64,000 bases of DNA, from NCBI GenBank assembly GCA_963755915.1, contig CAVWLP010000003.1, positions 448,001 to 512,000 on the forward strand, written 5' to 3'. The translations under genes were made by a program, and so were the position numbers. Source of the DNA: an uncultured Phycisphaerales bacterium. GTDB lineage: Bacteria > Planctomycetota > Phycisphaerae > Tepidisphaerales > Tepidisphaeraceae. Within the stretch, counting starts at the first letter, position 1. Each line of letters starts with the position of its first letter. Shown here piece after piece: positions 43,809 to 53,114 of the stretch. Below the pieces are notes generated by a model, which worked only from the letters and a program-made list of their open reading frames with translations, was not told the DNA's origin and did not search any database.

Positions 43809-45739
43809 CTATGCAGCGGCGGCGCTCGCCTTGTCCGCCGATGCTCGCTTGCGACCGCCCGACTGCGGGGGTTCCCGCAGATTCGACGGCAGCCAAGCGT
43901 TCAACTTGGCGGCAAGCTTGGCATCGTCCAACTTGCCTTCGGCAGCATCGGTGAAGAGCTTGGCAAGCTCCGTCACAAGCTCGCTTTTCTTTTTCGACTC
44001 AGCGGGTGCGACGTGGACCGGACCCTGCAACTCACCGATCAGGTGCGCCAGTTGAATCTTCTGGTAGCCCGACAACCAGCGTTCGTCGGGACGCCAGTAG
44101 CGACGTACCTCCACGCCCAATTCCTCAGCCAGACGCCAGACCAAATCGGTCCGGCGCTGCAGGTGAGCCGTCACACATTCGACGGTCAGAAGGTCGATCA
44201 AGGCATCCACCTTCTTGTCAGAAAGCGCCTGCATGGCGGCATAGGCGGCATGATCTTCGACGTAATGCTTGCCATGCAGCGGGTCCAGTTCGGCCCGGCG
44301 CTTGCGCAGGGTGTCGAGCGCCGCCGACGTGAACCCTTCGGCGTTGTCGGCGTGAACCGTCGAGCCATTGGCATCATGCCGGATCGCCAGCGCTTCGCTG
44401 CGCACCTTGTCATGCAGGATCAGAGCCAGAACGCGCCTGCGAGTCGCGGCCTCTTTCAGCAACGATTCGCGCACGCCAAGCGCCTGATGCGTGAAGGTGG
44501 TCGCAAGCTGACCCTCGCGCAGGTCGTCCGATGTGGGTGGCTTGGGTGTGTCACCGGATGCGCCGCCCGCGTGGCCATTCCCATTGCTAGACGCACCGCC
44601 CCGTCCTCGCGGGACACGGAATTCCCGCCGGACCCGGCCATCCGGATCGAGCAACAGGAACGTCGTCCCCACCGCCTTGGTCGCTTCGGCGTAGTGGACT
44701 TCGGCCGCTTTGGTCAAGGTCTGCTCCTCATCGTCCAGCGCCTCCAGCTTGGTCTGGACGGCCTCGAACGCGCCTTGGTCCGACTCGTCGAATTCCGCCA
44801 GCTTGGATTCGAGCTTGCCGCGTTTGTCGGCCAGCTTCTTGAGCTTGGCCGTCGTCTGCTCGTCATACTCCTGCGGAGCTTGGGTCATCGCGTATAGCCG
44901 ATCCTGCACGTCGGCCTGCGGTCCGACAACGACTTCGGCCCAACCTCCCTCGATCAGGGCTTGGCGCTGCGCCAACAACGCCTCGGCCTGCGCCTCCATG
45001 AACACCTTGCGCTCGACCAGCACGCGCTCGGCGAACAAGTCCCGGCTGACGGCGGTATCCGGGAGTTTGGACACATCGAACGTCGCCGATGCGGCGTCGA
45101 TCCACGCATTGGCAATCACGTTGCGGATGTGCTGCGCGTGTTGCGGGTTGCCGCCCACTTCCTGCCAGACTTCCAATTGGCGGTCTGCCGGAACGGAAGC
45201 GAACGCCTCGGCGGTCGCGGTGTCGATTGCGCCCTGGCGATACGCCGCTTTCACCGGCTCGGCCAGCGTGGCCAGCTTCATGCGCTGGCGCACATAGGGC
45301 TGGCTCACGCCGAACTCGGCAGCGATGGCCTCAACGCCCTTGGCCTCCTCGCGGGCCAGTTGCGCGAAGGCTTCGGCTTCGTCCAGCGGGTGCATCGGCT
45401 CACGGACGAAGTTTTCCGCTAGCGCCAAAGCATCGGCGGTGTCGTCGTCCACGGAACGCAGGACGCAGGGAACCTTCGGCGGTCGGCCTGCCTCCTTGTA
45501 CACCTCGCGCAGCGCCGCCAAGCGGCGGTTACCCGCGATCACCTTGAATCCGCCGGACGTGCTTTCATCCGCTCGGACTACCAGCGGGGCCAGAAGTCCA
45601 TGCGCCGGATGGAAGCCACCATGCGGCGGTGGGCATCGCGCTCGGGCTTGACGCGCCGCGGATTGCGGCGGCTCGGCACTAGCTTGGACATTGGGACAGA
45701 GATTTGAACGTCACGGGATGGGGATACTATTCGATTCAC
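43809..45739 (-). CDS. Long ParB/RepB/Spo0J-family protein (frameshift near 45605)
   Basis: SI..HGLL.PLVVR, VIAGNRRLAAL, AENFVREPMHPLDEAEAF and HTH; GTG start after GAGG. Confidence 0.85.
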
Positions 45740-45798
45740 AATACACCTCGATTGGGTAATAGGGTTTAAGAAAATCAGTCAATCCATTTGGCGGAACA

Positions 45799-46257
45799 TC
45801 AGATCGGGATTTCCTCGCGGGCGCTGGCCATTGCCGGGACCTGCTCGGGGGTCCGTCCATTGCGCCCGCCGCTGCGGCCTCGGCCCGGCTTTGGACCACG
45901 GCTGTTCGCGGCCTGACCGCTGCCGGGCTTCCGATCCACAAAGCGGAACTGCTCGACCACGACACGAATCTTGCTGCGCCGCTGGCCGTCCTCCTGTTCC
46001 CACTGTTCCAGCCGTAAATGGCCTTCGACGTGGATCGGACGTCCCTTGGTCAGGCTTTCGGCAATGGTCTGCCCGGTCTTGCCGAACGCGGCGCAGTCGA
46101 TGAACAAGACTTCCTCGCGGGCCTCGCCGCTTGAGTCTTTCCACCGGCGGTTGACCGCCAGCGCGAAATCGCAAACCACCGTCTGACTCGGAAGCGTCTT
46201 AAGCTCCGGGTCGCGGGTGAGGTTGCCCATAAGGATCACTCGGTTGTAGCTGGCCAT
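45799..46257 (-). CDS. ssb: Single-stranded DNA-binding protein
   Basis: NRVILMGNLTRDPELK; acidic tail EEIPI. Confidence 0.93.
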   Translation of the reverse strand: MASYNRVILMGNLTRDPELKTLPSQTVVCDFALAVNRRWKDSSGEAREEVLFIDCAAFGKTGQTIAESLTKGRPIHVEGHLRLEQWEQEDGQRRSKIRVVVEQFRFVDRKPGSGQAANSRGPKPGRGRSGGRNGRTPEQVPAMASAREEIPI

Positions 46258-46377
46258 GATGAATCTCCTTGTGTAAATGGCCACTCATGAATGCGGCGTC
46301 CCATTGACGACCGCTCCCCAGCCCGCCCCGACGCGCCTCCATGCGCACCGGGACGGGTTCGGGGAGGGGTCGCCGGT

Positions 46378-47385
46378 TTAGGCAACGCCCGCCAGTTCCA
46401 ACGCGCCCCGATACGCGGCCTGCTTGAGTTGATGCGATTGGCCGAACCAGACTGAATCCAATTGCCGGTCCAGCTTGTCGGCGGGTGAAGCGCCGCGGTA
46501 CTTCCGCTGGTGGTCCGCCCATTCGCTGACCGCGTTGTACGCGCCCCATGCGGTGTGCTTCACGCCGGGAAGCGTGTTGCGGTCGTTATCGAAGTTGCCG
46601 AGCATCTGCCCGAATATCTGCTCGCGGCTTTTCTTCTGCCGGGCCGATTGCCCCGGCAATTCCGCGCCGGACAGTCCACGGAAGTATCCGCCCGCCTCGG
46701 TGACGGTCAGTTCCTTGGCAAGCATCGCGTGCAATTCATCATCAAATTTGTCGAACCGCGCCGCGATGATGCCGAGCTTCGCCCGCGCCTCGGCAATCCG
46801 GCTCTCCAACCGGGGATGATGTGAAATCGTCAACCCCTCGACGCCGGATTCCCGCAGGGCCAGATTCAAAGTGTTCTGACACACCACGCGCACAGTCGTC
46901 GGAATCATCCGAAGCGCCTGGCTACCGTCGTGCGTGTTGGTCAAGAGAACGTAAGGCTTAATCAGGTCGTCCGGTCCGGCCCGATACTCTTTGGGAATGC
47001 TGGCCATCATCCACACACGCTTGCCGCCGTGCAGACTGCCCGCCGTCTCGTACATGGCGAGCTTGTCGCCCACCAGTCCATCCATGAAGTCGAAAGCTTC
47101 ATGGTTCTGGAACACCCGATAGCGCCGCCCAACCACGCCCAACACCGCCTTGGTATCGGTGCGGACATTCGCCACCGTGTCCGGTATGCCTGCCTCAACA
47201 CTCTGGTTGTCCGGGTCGAAAGCCCGGACCGGCCATTGCTCGACGCGCCAATCCAAACCCGCGAGGCCGATAGCCTCGGCACTGGTAGTCGCCTGTTCAA
47301 TCACCGTGCCCAAGCGATGCCATGCTGGTTCGCCGGTCACGAATACTGCCGCTCGTCCCGTTGTCTGGTCGATCTCGTGTGCCAC
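46378..47385 (-). CDS. DUF932/DUF945 phage/plasmid-like protein
   Basis: PAWHRLG, ETAGSL.GG, NTHDGS, TVRVVCQNTL, TAWGAYNAV. Confidence 0.85.
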   Translation of the reverse strand: MAHEIDQTTGRAAVFVTGEPAWHRLGTVIEQATTSAEAIGLAGLDWRVEQWPVRAFDPDNQSVEAGIPDTVANVRTDTKAVLGVVGRRYRVFQNHEAFDFMDGLVGDKLAMYETAGSLHGGKRVWMMASIPKEYRAGPDDLIKPYVLLTNTHDGSQALRMIPTTVRVVCQNTLNLALRESGVEGLTISHHPRLESRIAEARAKLGIIAARFDKFDDELHAMLAKELTVTEAGGYFRGLSGAELPGQSARQKKSREQIFGQMLGNFDNDRNTLPGVKHTAWGAYNAVSEWADHQRKYRGASPADKLDRQLDSVWFGQSHQLKQAAYRGALELAGVA

Positions 47386-47551
47386 AAAGCACCTCCCGAA
47401 AAGGAAGAAAACTCCAAACCGGGATGGCTTAGGCCCACAAAGGCCCAAGCAATTTTTTGACCTCCCGGCTTCGGAAGAAGCACGCCGGGAGGTCTAAAAA
47501 GAAAGTTCCTTCCTGCTGGCGACGGAAACGCGAGCGCAGCGGACGAAGGGC

Positions 47552-48040
47552 ATGCCACGCGCAGGCCCGGAGCCATGTACTCATGGTGAGGAGGCGAGCA
47601 TGGCAAGCGCAGCGGTGACCTTTCGAGAGCGCAGTCGAGCCAGATGTGCCGTAGGCCCGCTGCTCTGGCCGCGTGCGACCTTCAGGAATCCAGCGGGCCT
47701 ACCTTCCCTCGTGTTCCCGGCGCCATCCTTATCGTCTGTGCCAACTGCACATCGACTCAACAAACCTTCGGGATGGATCACGATCACTCATCCATTCCAT
47801 CCCTGGCATGGACGACGTTTTGAAATTTGCAAATGCAGAGATATTGCCGGGGTGAGGATGGTCGGATTGATCGATTCCACCGGCAATACGCAGTTTGTTC
47901 CGCTGGAGTGGACCGATCGCAATCCGCCGATTCCCTGCGAAGCGCTGCACGATCCCAAGCCGATACTCAATGTGCGCTGCCTGCTGAGGCTGGCCCAATT
48001 GATCGAAACTACATCCCCAAATCGACAAAAGGCGGATTGA
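47552..48040 (+). CDS. DUF5372 (Y4bD-like) small protein; true start probably near 47770
   Basis: ITHPFHPWHG...VPLEWTD motif upstream of a serine recombinase. Confidence 0.55.
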   Translation: MPRAGPEPCTHGEEASMASAAVTFRERSRARCAVGPLLWPRATFRNPAGLPSLVFPAPSLSSVPTAHRLNKPSGWITITHPFHPWHGRRFEICKCRDIAGVRMVGLIDSTGNTQFVPLEWTDRNPPIPCEALHDPKPILNVRCLLRLAQLIETTSPNRQKAD

Positions 48041-48144
48041 CGTGATAGCGACTATGCAACCAGAATTGCCGGAGCGCGCCCACGCGCATCGTCGTTTTGC
48101 ACATCAGTGGATGGAGATTCGCTCTCCACATGGAGCGCTTTGGC

Positions 48145-48294
48145 ATGGAGGCCAACCCCACAGTTCGTTGTTCCCCCGCGGCCGACGATATCGAGCAAAT
48201 CGCCCGCATCGTGGCCCACATGCTTCAAACACTCGCGCAAGACAACAAGGCCCGCCGCCATTCGCATTTGCGCAACAAAGAAGGTGTCCGATGA
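48145..48294 (+). CDS. Small helical protein coupled to the recombinase
   Basis: Its stop overlaps the recombinase start (ATGA). Confidence 0.4.
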   Translation: MEANPTVRCSPAADDIEQIARIVAHMLQTLAQDNKARRHSHLRNKEGVR

Positions 48295-50357
48295 ACAACA
48301 AGATTCAGAGTCAGCATTTGAACCTTCCCGCTTACATCTACTTGCGGCAGTCCACGCCGCGGCAACTGCTCCATCACCAGGAAAGCACCCAGCGCCAGTA
48401 CGCTTTGCAGGAAAAAGCGAAAGAACTGGGGTGGCTTCCCCATCTCATCCGCGTCCTGGACGGCGATCTCGGTCAGTCAGGTTCCTCGCCGGATGCGCCC
48501 CGTGAGGACTTCAAGATATTGGTCGATGACGTTTCCATGGGCAAGGTCGGGGCGATCTTCGCGCTGGAAGCCTCGCGCTTGTCGCGGTGCTGCGCGGATT
48601 GGCATCGCCTGCTGGAACTGGCCACCCTGGGCGGCGCACTGATTATCGATGAGGACGGCTGCTATGACCCATCCGACTTCAACGATCAGCTTCTGCTGGG
48701 ACTCAAGGGAGCGATGTCGCAGGCGGAATTGCACTTCATGCGTGCCCGTTTGCAGGGAGGCCGGCTGAATAAGGCCCGCAAAGGAGAATTGCGCATTCCG
48801 CTGGCAGTAGGACTCTTTCATGATGAATTGGGCCGGATCGTCCTGGACCCTGACCAACAGGTACAGCAGATCGTGCGCCAGTTGTTCGACAGCTTTCGCC
48901 AGACCGGCAGCGCCTACGGCGCGGCGCACGACTTCGCCGACAAAAACCTGTTGTTCCCCAAGCGCATTCACGGCGGCGCGTGGGATGGCGAGCTCCAATG
49001 GGAGCGGCTTTCCACCAGCCGGGCGTTGTCAGCCCTCAAGAATCCTGCTTACGCCGGGGTTTATGCGTATGGGCAACGGCGATACATTCGCCGGCCGGAT
49101 ACCGATGGCAAAATTCATCGGCATACCAGTAAACTGCCCATGGAGTCCTGGGCCGTGAAGATCGACAATCACCATCCCGCGTACATCGATTGGCCGACAT
49201 TCCTGGAGAATCAGGCGATGCTGCGGAAGAACCAGACTGTCAGCGGATCGACGCCGTTGCCCGGACCGGTGCGCGAGGGACGCGGTTTATTGCAGGGCTT
49301 ATTGCTCTGCGCACGTTGCGGTCGGCGTCTGGGCGTCCGCTACCACGGCGACGGCGGAGCGCGGTGCAGATATTTATGCGGCCGTCTTCTCAGCGAGGGG
49401 CTGTTGTCCCGCACGTGCATGAGTCTGTCCGCCGATCCGCTCGATCAGGCCGTGAGTCACCGCGCGCTTGAAGCGATGCAGCCGATGCACATTGAAATCG
49501 CCCTCAAGGCGATGGAGCGGTTCCATCATCAGCAGGAGATTACGAATCGCCAGTGGCAATTGCGGTTGGATCGCGCCGGCTACGAAGCAGCACTGGCCCA
49601 GCGTCGTTATGAGAAGGTAGATCCCGACAACCGGCTGGTGGCCGCCACGCTGGAAACCCAATGGAATGAGGCGTTGGCGGAACTGGACCGACTGCGCATG
49701 CAGTATGAGGAGCAACAGCAAAATCAGGCGGTCAGTGCACAGGAACAGGAATCTATCCGCCGCCTGGCTCACGATCTGCCGGTACTCTGGAACGCGCCCA
49801 CCACGCAAGCGCGCGATCGCAAGCGAATCCTGCGTTTGCTCATTAAAGATATCACCGTCGAGAAACTGGAAGATCCGAGGCGGACGTTGCTGCATCTGCG
49901 CTGGCAAGGCGGCGCCTGCGAAGACATCGTTGTCCAGACGAAGCAGCCGTCCGGCAACGGTTTACGCTATCCGGCGAATGTAGTTGAGCAGGTGAGGCAA
50001 ATGGCAAGCTCGATGCACGATGGGCAGATTGCCGCCGAATTGAACCATCGGGGAATGCACAGCGCCACCGAGAAGCCGTTCACTTCGGAAATGATCCGTT
50101 GGATTCGTCATCGCCATGATGTGCCAGGGCCGACATTCAAACGTTCCGATGAGCTGACGGTGAGGGAAATGTGCGAGAAGTTCGGCGTCAGCCACCATGT
50201 CGTCTATTATTGGATCGAGCGCGGAATTGTCTCAGCCCGTCGTGCAACGGCGGGTTCGGCGTGGCTGGTCACCTTGAACGCCGAGAAAGAGCTTGAACTT
50301 AATCGCCGGTTGGAGCAATCACCCCAAATCCATCGCCGAAACTTGCAACCGTCCTAA
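48291..50357 (+). CDS. Large serine recombinase with zinc ribbon and C-terminal HTH
   Basis: AYIYLRQST, DLGQSG, EASRLSR, NPAYAG, CARCG, RYEKVDPDNRLVA. Confidence 0.92.
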   Translation: MNNKIQSQHLNLPAYIYLRQSTPRQLLHHQESTQRQYALQEKAKELGWLPHLIRVLDGDLGQSGSSPDAPREDFKILVDDVSMGKVGAIFALEASRLSRCCADWHRLLELATLGGALIIDEDGCYDPSDFNDQLLLGLKGAMSQAELHFMRARLQGGRLNKARKGELRIPLAVGLFHDELGRIVLDPDQQVQQIVRQLFDSFRQTGSAYGAAHDFADKNLLFPKRIHGGAWDGELQWERLSTSRALSALKNPAYAGVYAYGQRRYIRRPDTDGKIHRHTSKLPMESWAVKIDNHHPAYIDWPTFLENQAMLRKNQTVSGSTPLPGPVREGRGLLQGLLLCARCGRRLGVRYHGDGGARCRYLCGRLLSEGLLSRTCMSLSADPLDQAVSHRALEAMQPMHIEIALKAMERFHHQQEITNRQWQLRLDRAGYEAALAQRRYEKVDPDNRLVAATLETQWNEALAELDRLRMQYEEQQQNQAVSAQEQESIRRLAHDLPVLWNAPTTQARDRKRILRLLIKDITVEKLEDPRRTLLHLRWQGGACEDIVVQTKQPSGNGLRYPANVVEQVRQMASSMHDGQIAAELNHRGMHSATEKPFTSEMIRWIRHRHDVPGPTFKRSDELTVREMCEKFGVSHHVVYYWIERGIVSARRATAGSAWLVTLNAEKELELNRRLEQSPQIHRRNLQPS

Positions 50358-50649
50358 ACCCGTAGCCATGAGGTGCAATATGCGGAAACCGTCCTGACCT
50401 CGTGCTCGGAATGCACTTACCCTCAACGGAATTCCCATTGCACAGGTCCATGAAGGTGAATGAGCGTTACTGCACCGTTTGCTGGCTCGATCTGAACGTC
50501 GATACTTCCATTGGGTTCTTCAGTCTGGCGAATGTGGAGCGGTAGGTCCATTACATGACTAACGTGGTTCTCAGACTGATGACCGGCGCTGACCTGTACG
50601 CTGCTGGGGCGAGTGCCCTTGGTATCGAAACTGATCCCCTCACCCCGTG

Positions 50650-50922
50650 TCATACATGCGAAGATGACATATCCCTCTCGCGCAGCAATTTGTCATCCTC
50701 TTGATTGCTGCTCATCGGACTGGATAGTGCTTCGCCAAACAAAACGTCCGCGACGAGTGGAAACGTGGTGAGCACGCCTACAGCCAAAAGAGTCCAACCG
50801 ACGGCTCGCTTTTGTTGGGGTTTGAACCGATCGGCGAGCAAAAGGCCAATTCCCGCGCCCGCCATCACACGAGTCCCAGCGATCAAAACTAATTCGGGTA
50901 CGCTTACGTTTCGGCGGATCAT
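50650..50922 (-). CDS. Small membrane protein
   Basis: Two hydrophobic segments; AGGAG Shine-Dalgarno. Confidence 0.7.
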   Translation of the reverse strand: MIRRNVSVPELVLIAGTRVMAGAGIGLLLADRFKPQQKRAVGWTLLAVGVLTTFPLVADVLFGEALSSPMSSNQEDDKLLRERDMSSSHV

Positions 50923-50973
50923 TTGCGGCTCCTTTCTAAAGCCAGATCGAGTTATCCGATCCAACAATCGCGG

Positions 50974-51480
50974 TTACGACGAGCGTGCTGCCCGGGTCCG
51001 CGCCGCCTTTCTGGCAGCGATGGAACGCTCAACTGGTCCTTTCGTCCGGCTCGCTTTCTTAGCGGCGGCGGAGCGCTCGCTGCTAGTGTGATGGGCGGCA
51101 GCGGAATGTGCGTGGCGAGAAAGGGCGGTGTGAGACGCGGCGCGGCGCCCTTCGCGCTCGAGCGCCCGGACTATGGCTCGTGATCGCTTTGCCGACGCCT
51201 TACGAAGCGGCGGCGCCCCGTGGCCGAGTGTATATGCGCGCTGTGCGCTCTTTCGCGTCTTCTCGGACACCGTTCCTTTCGGCGGCGGTGGGAGGTCCAC
51301 ACCCGCTCGCCGTGCCTCAGACAGCCCGATCGCGATTGCCTGCTTCGCCGATCGCGCCCCATGTTTGCCTTCGCGAATTTGGTGTATCTCCTCACGAACG
51401 AATTCTCCCGCCTGAGTGGACGGGGCTTTGCCTTGCCGCTGATCACGTCGCGCACGATCAATAGTTGCTTTTTCAGGCAT
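50974..51480 (-). CDS. Basic DUF6496-like (putative DNA-binding) protein
   Basis: STQAGEFVREEI...KQAIAIGLSEARRAG, with an R/K/A-rich tail. Confidence 0.75.
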   Translation of the reverse strand: MPEKATIDRARRDQRQGKAPSTQAGEFVREEIHQIREGKHGARSAKQAIAIGLSEARRAGVDLPPPPKGTVSEKTRKSAQRAYTLGHGAPPLRKASAKRSRAIVRALEREGRRAASHTALSRHAHSAAAHHTSSERSAAAKKASRTKGPVERSIAARKAARTRAARSS

Positions 51481-51804
51481 AGGTCGCTCCTTTTGGTTCA
51501 GTCACATTTGATTGTATTCCCGCGATTATCGTCAAAACATGGGGAAATCCGACGCTGACATAAAATCAGCGTAAAATCGCTCTTAAGGCACGGATAAAAC
51601 ACCTGCGCACTGGTCGGCGAAATTATCAGCAACTCTACTTCGGCTGTCCGTTCGCTGGATAATTGCGCATCGAGCAACCACCAGCTAACGCCCACAAGTA
51701 AAAACAAAGACCGGCCTCAGCTACATCCAAAACTACGTCCGAGACCCGTGCGGCATGCTTCTTCGGTTATAGCGCTTCAAGCTCTGGAAACCCAGAGTGG
51801 TGGC

Positions 51805-52320
51805 TCATGAGGATGGGGGGCTTTCGTTTTGAGGATGCCGGCGAATCGCGCGTCCCTTGAAGAGCGGAATGTAAAACGCAAGGAAGAGTGCAAAAGCCAG
51901 GCCGATTGCCATTGCCGTCCATAGAACCGAAGGTGTTATCGCTTCCGCCGCCGGACGATACCGAACAATGAAATAGGTGTCGATCCAAATCAGGATGCTG
52001 CTGACCAAGCCTGGGGAGTATTCACGATAGCGCACCGTCCACCAAACATGCCAAAAGCCGTTGAATGTCCGCTCGATTGCCCAGGCGAGCGGAAACGCGA
52101 GTGCGAATCCACCGATCAAATCATATGCGATGACGCTGGTGATCATGACGACAAAATAGCCGGTGTTGAACCAGAAGAATTTGCGCCAGGAGTATTGCGG
52201 CCACCAATGCTGCCGAACTTTTTCGACAAAGCTTCCACCTAAAAGTGATTCGTCAATGACGTGGACGACGTAAGCGACCACCATGAACCAGAAGCTGAAA
52301 ATTAACGGTACGGTAATCAT
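51805..52320 (-). CDS. HXXEE-domain membrane protein
   Basis: HVIDE, YSPGL, several TM helices. Confidence 0.75.
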   Translation of the reverse strand: MITVPLIFSFWFMVVAYVVHVIDESLLGGSFVEKVRQHWWPQYSWRKFFWFNTGYFVVMITSVIAYDLIGGFALAFPLAWAIERTFNGFWHVWWTVRYREYSPGLVSSILIWIDTYFIVRYRPAAEAITPSVLWTAMAIGLAFALFLAFYIPLFKGRAIRRHPQNESPPSS

Positions 52321-52994
52321 GGTCTTGAAAGATCATTGGAGCATTCGGACCAGTTCGTGTTCGCCTGGGTTGAGAAGGTGAGAAGCAACGAACGTTGGGG
52401 AGCGTCCATGGCGTCGAAATTCAGAATTGTGGTGTTTGTCAGCTCAAAAATAGCTTCCCCTTTCCGAACTACGCGCAGCGGCTGGCCCTCACTCAAATTC
52501 TCTTTGCCCGTAATGACATTCACGACAAACCTCCTGCAAGTTCGGCTAATGATGCCTGCACACGGTAACGGTGCGACGTGCATGTCGTCGTAACCACCGG
52601 GAGTCTCCTATGCACAATCCTCCGGAACGATCGCGTATTCCGCACTTCGATCGCGGCCGCCTTGTTTAGCAGCATCGCTTTCATATCCAAAATCATAGGT
52701 CACATTTCGGGAAATTACGTCGTGACATTTTGGAAACAAATTGCAAAAAATGGCCTGCGGAGTCTTTATTGCCGCTGAGATTGCATAGCAATTCAGCTTT
52801 TTTCCTTTTCTGGAACGACAATCGCCTGCATGACAGGTGTAAAGTACGACAATCGGTTTTGCTCAATCATAAAGATTGAGAACCGGAAAATTTCGCACTG
52901 GAGGGACTACATGGACTCTCTGGCGGCTTGGACCGCATTAACGCCGGACGCTCGCTAAAAGGCGAATACCCCCAGAAGATAGAGAGAGTGTGTT

Positions 52995-53114
52995 ATGAAG
53001 CAAATCCTCATGATTGAAGTTAGCCCAAGAGGGAAGGAGTCGGCGAGTCGATCGGTCGCCGATACGTTGGCGTATCCCTCACATGTTGCAATTGAAAAGA
53101 AGGGTCACGTCTGA
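52995..53114 (+). pseudogene. N-terminal remnant of a flavodoxin-like NAD(P)H oxidoreductase (azoreductase type)
   Basis: MKQILMIEVSPRGKESASRSVAD, then stops after ~39 codons at the kinase 3' end. Confidence 0.6.

Noticed and set aside
41132-44897. Long + strand ORFs (664 aa and 432 aa)
   Set aside because: Antisense shadows of the relaxase and ParB genes, with no recognisable motifs.
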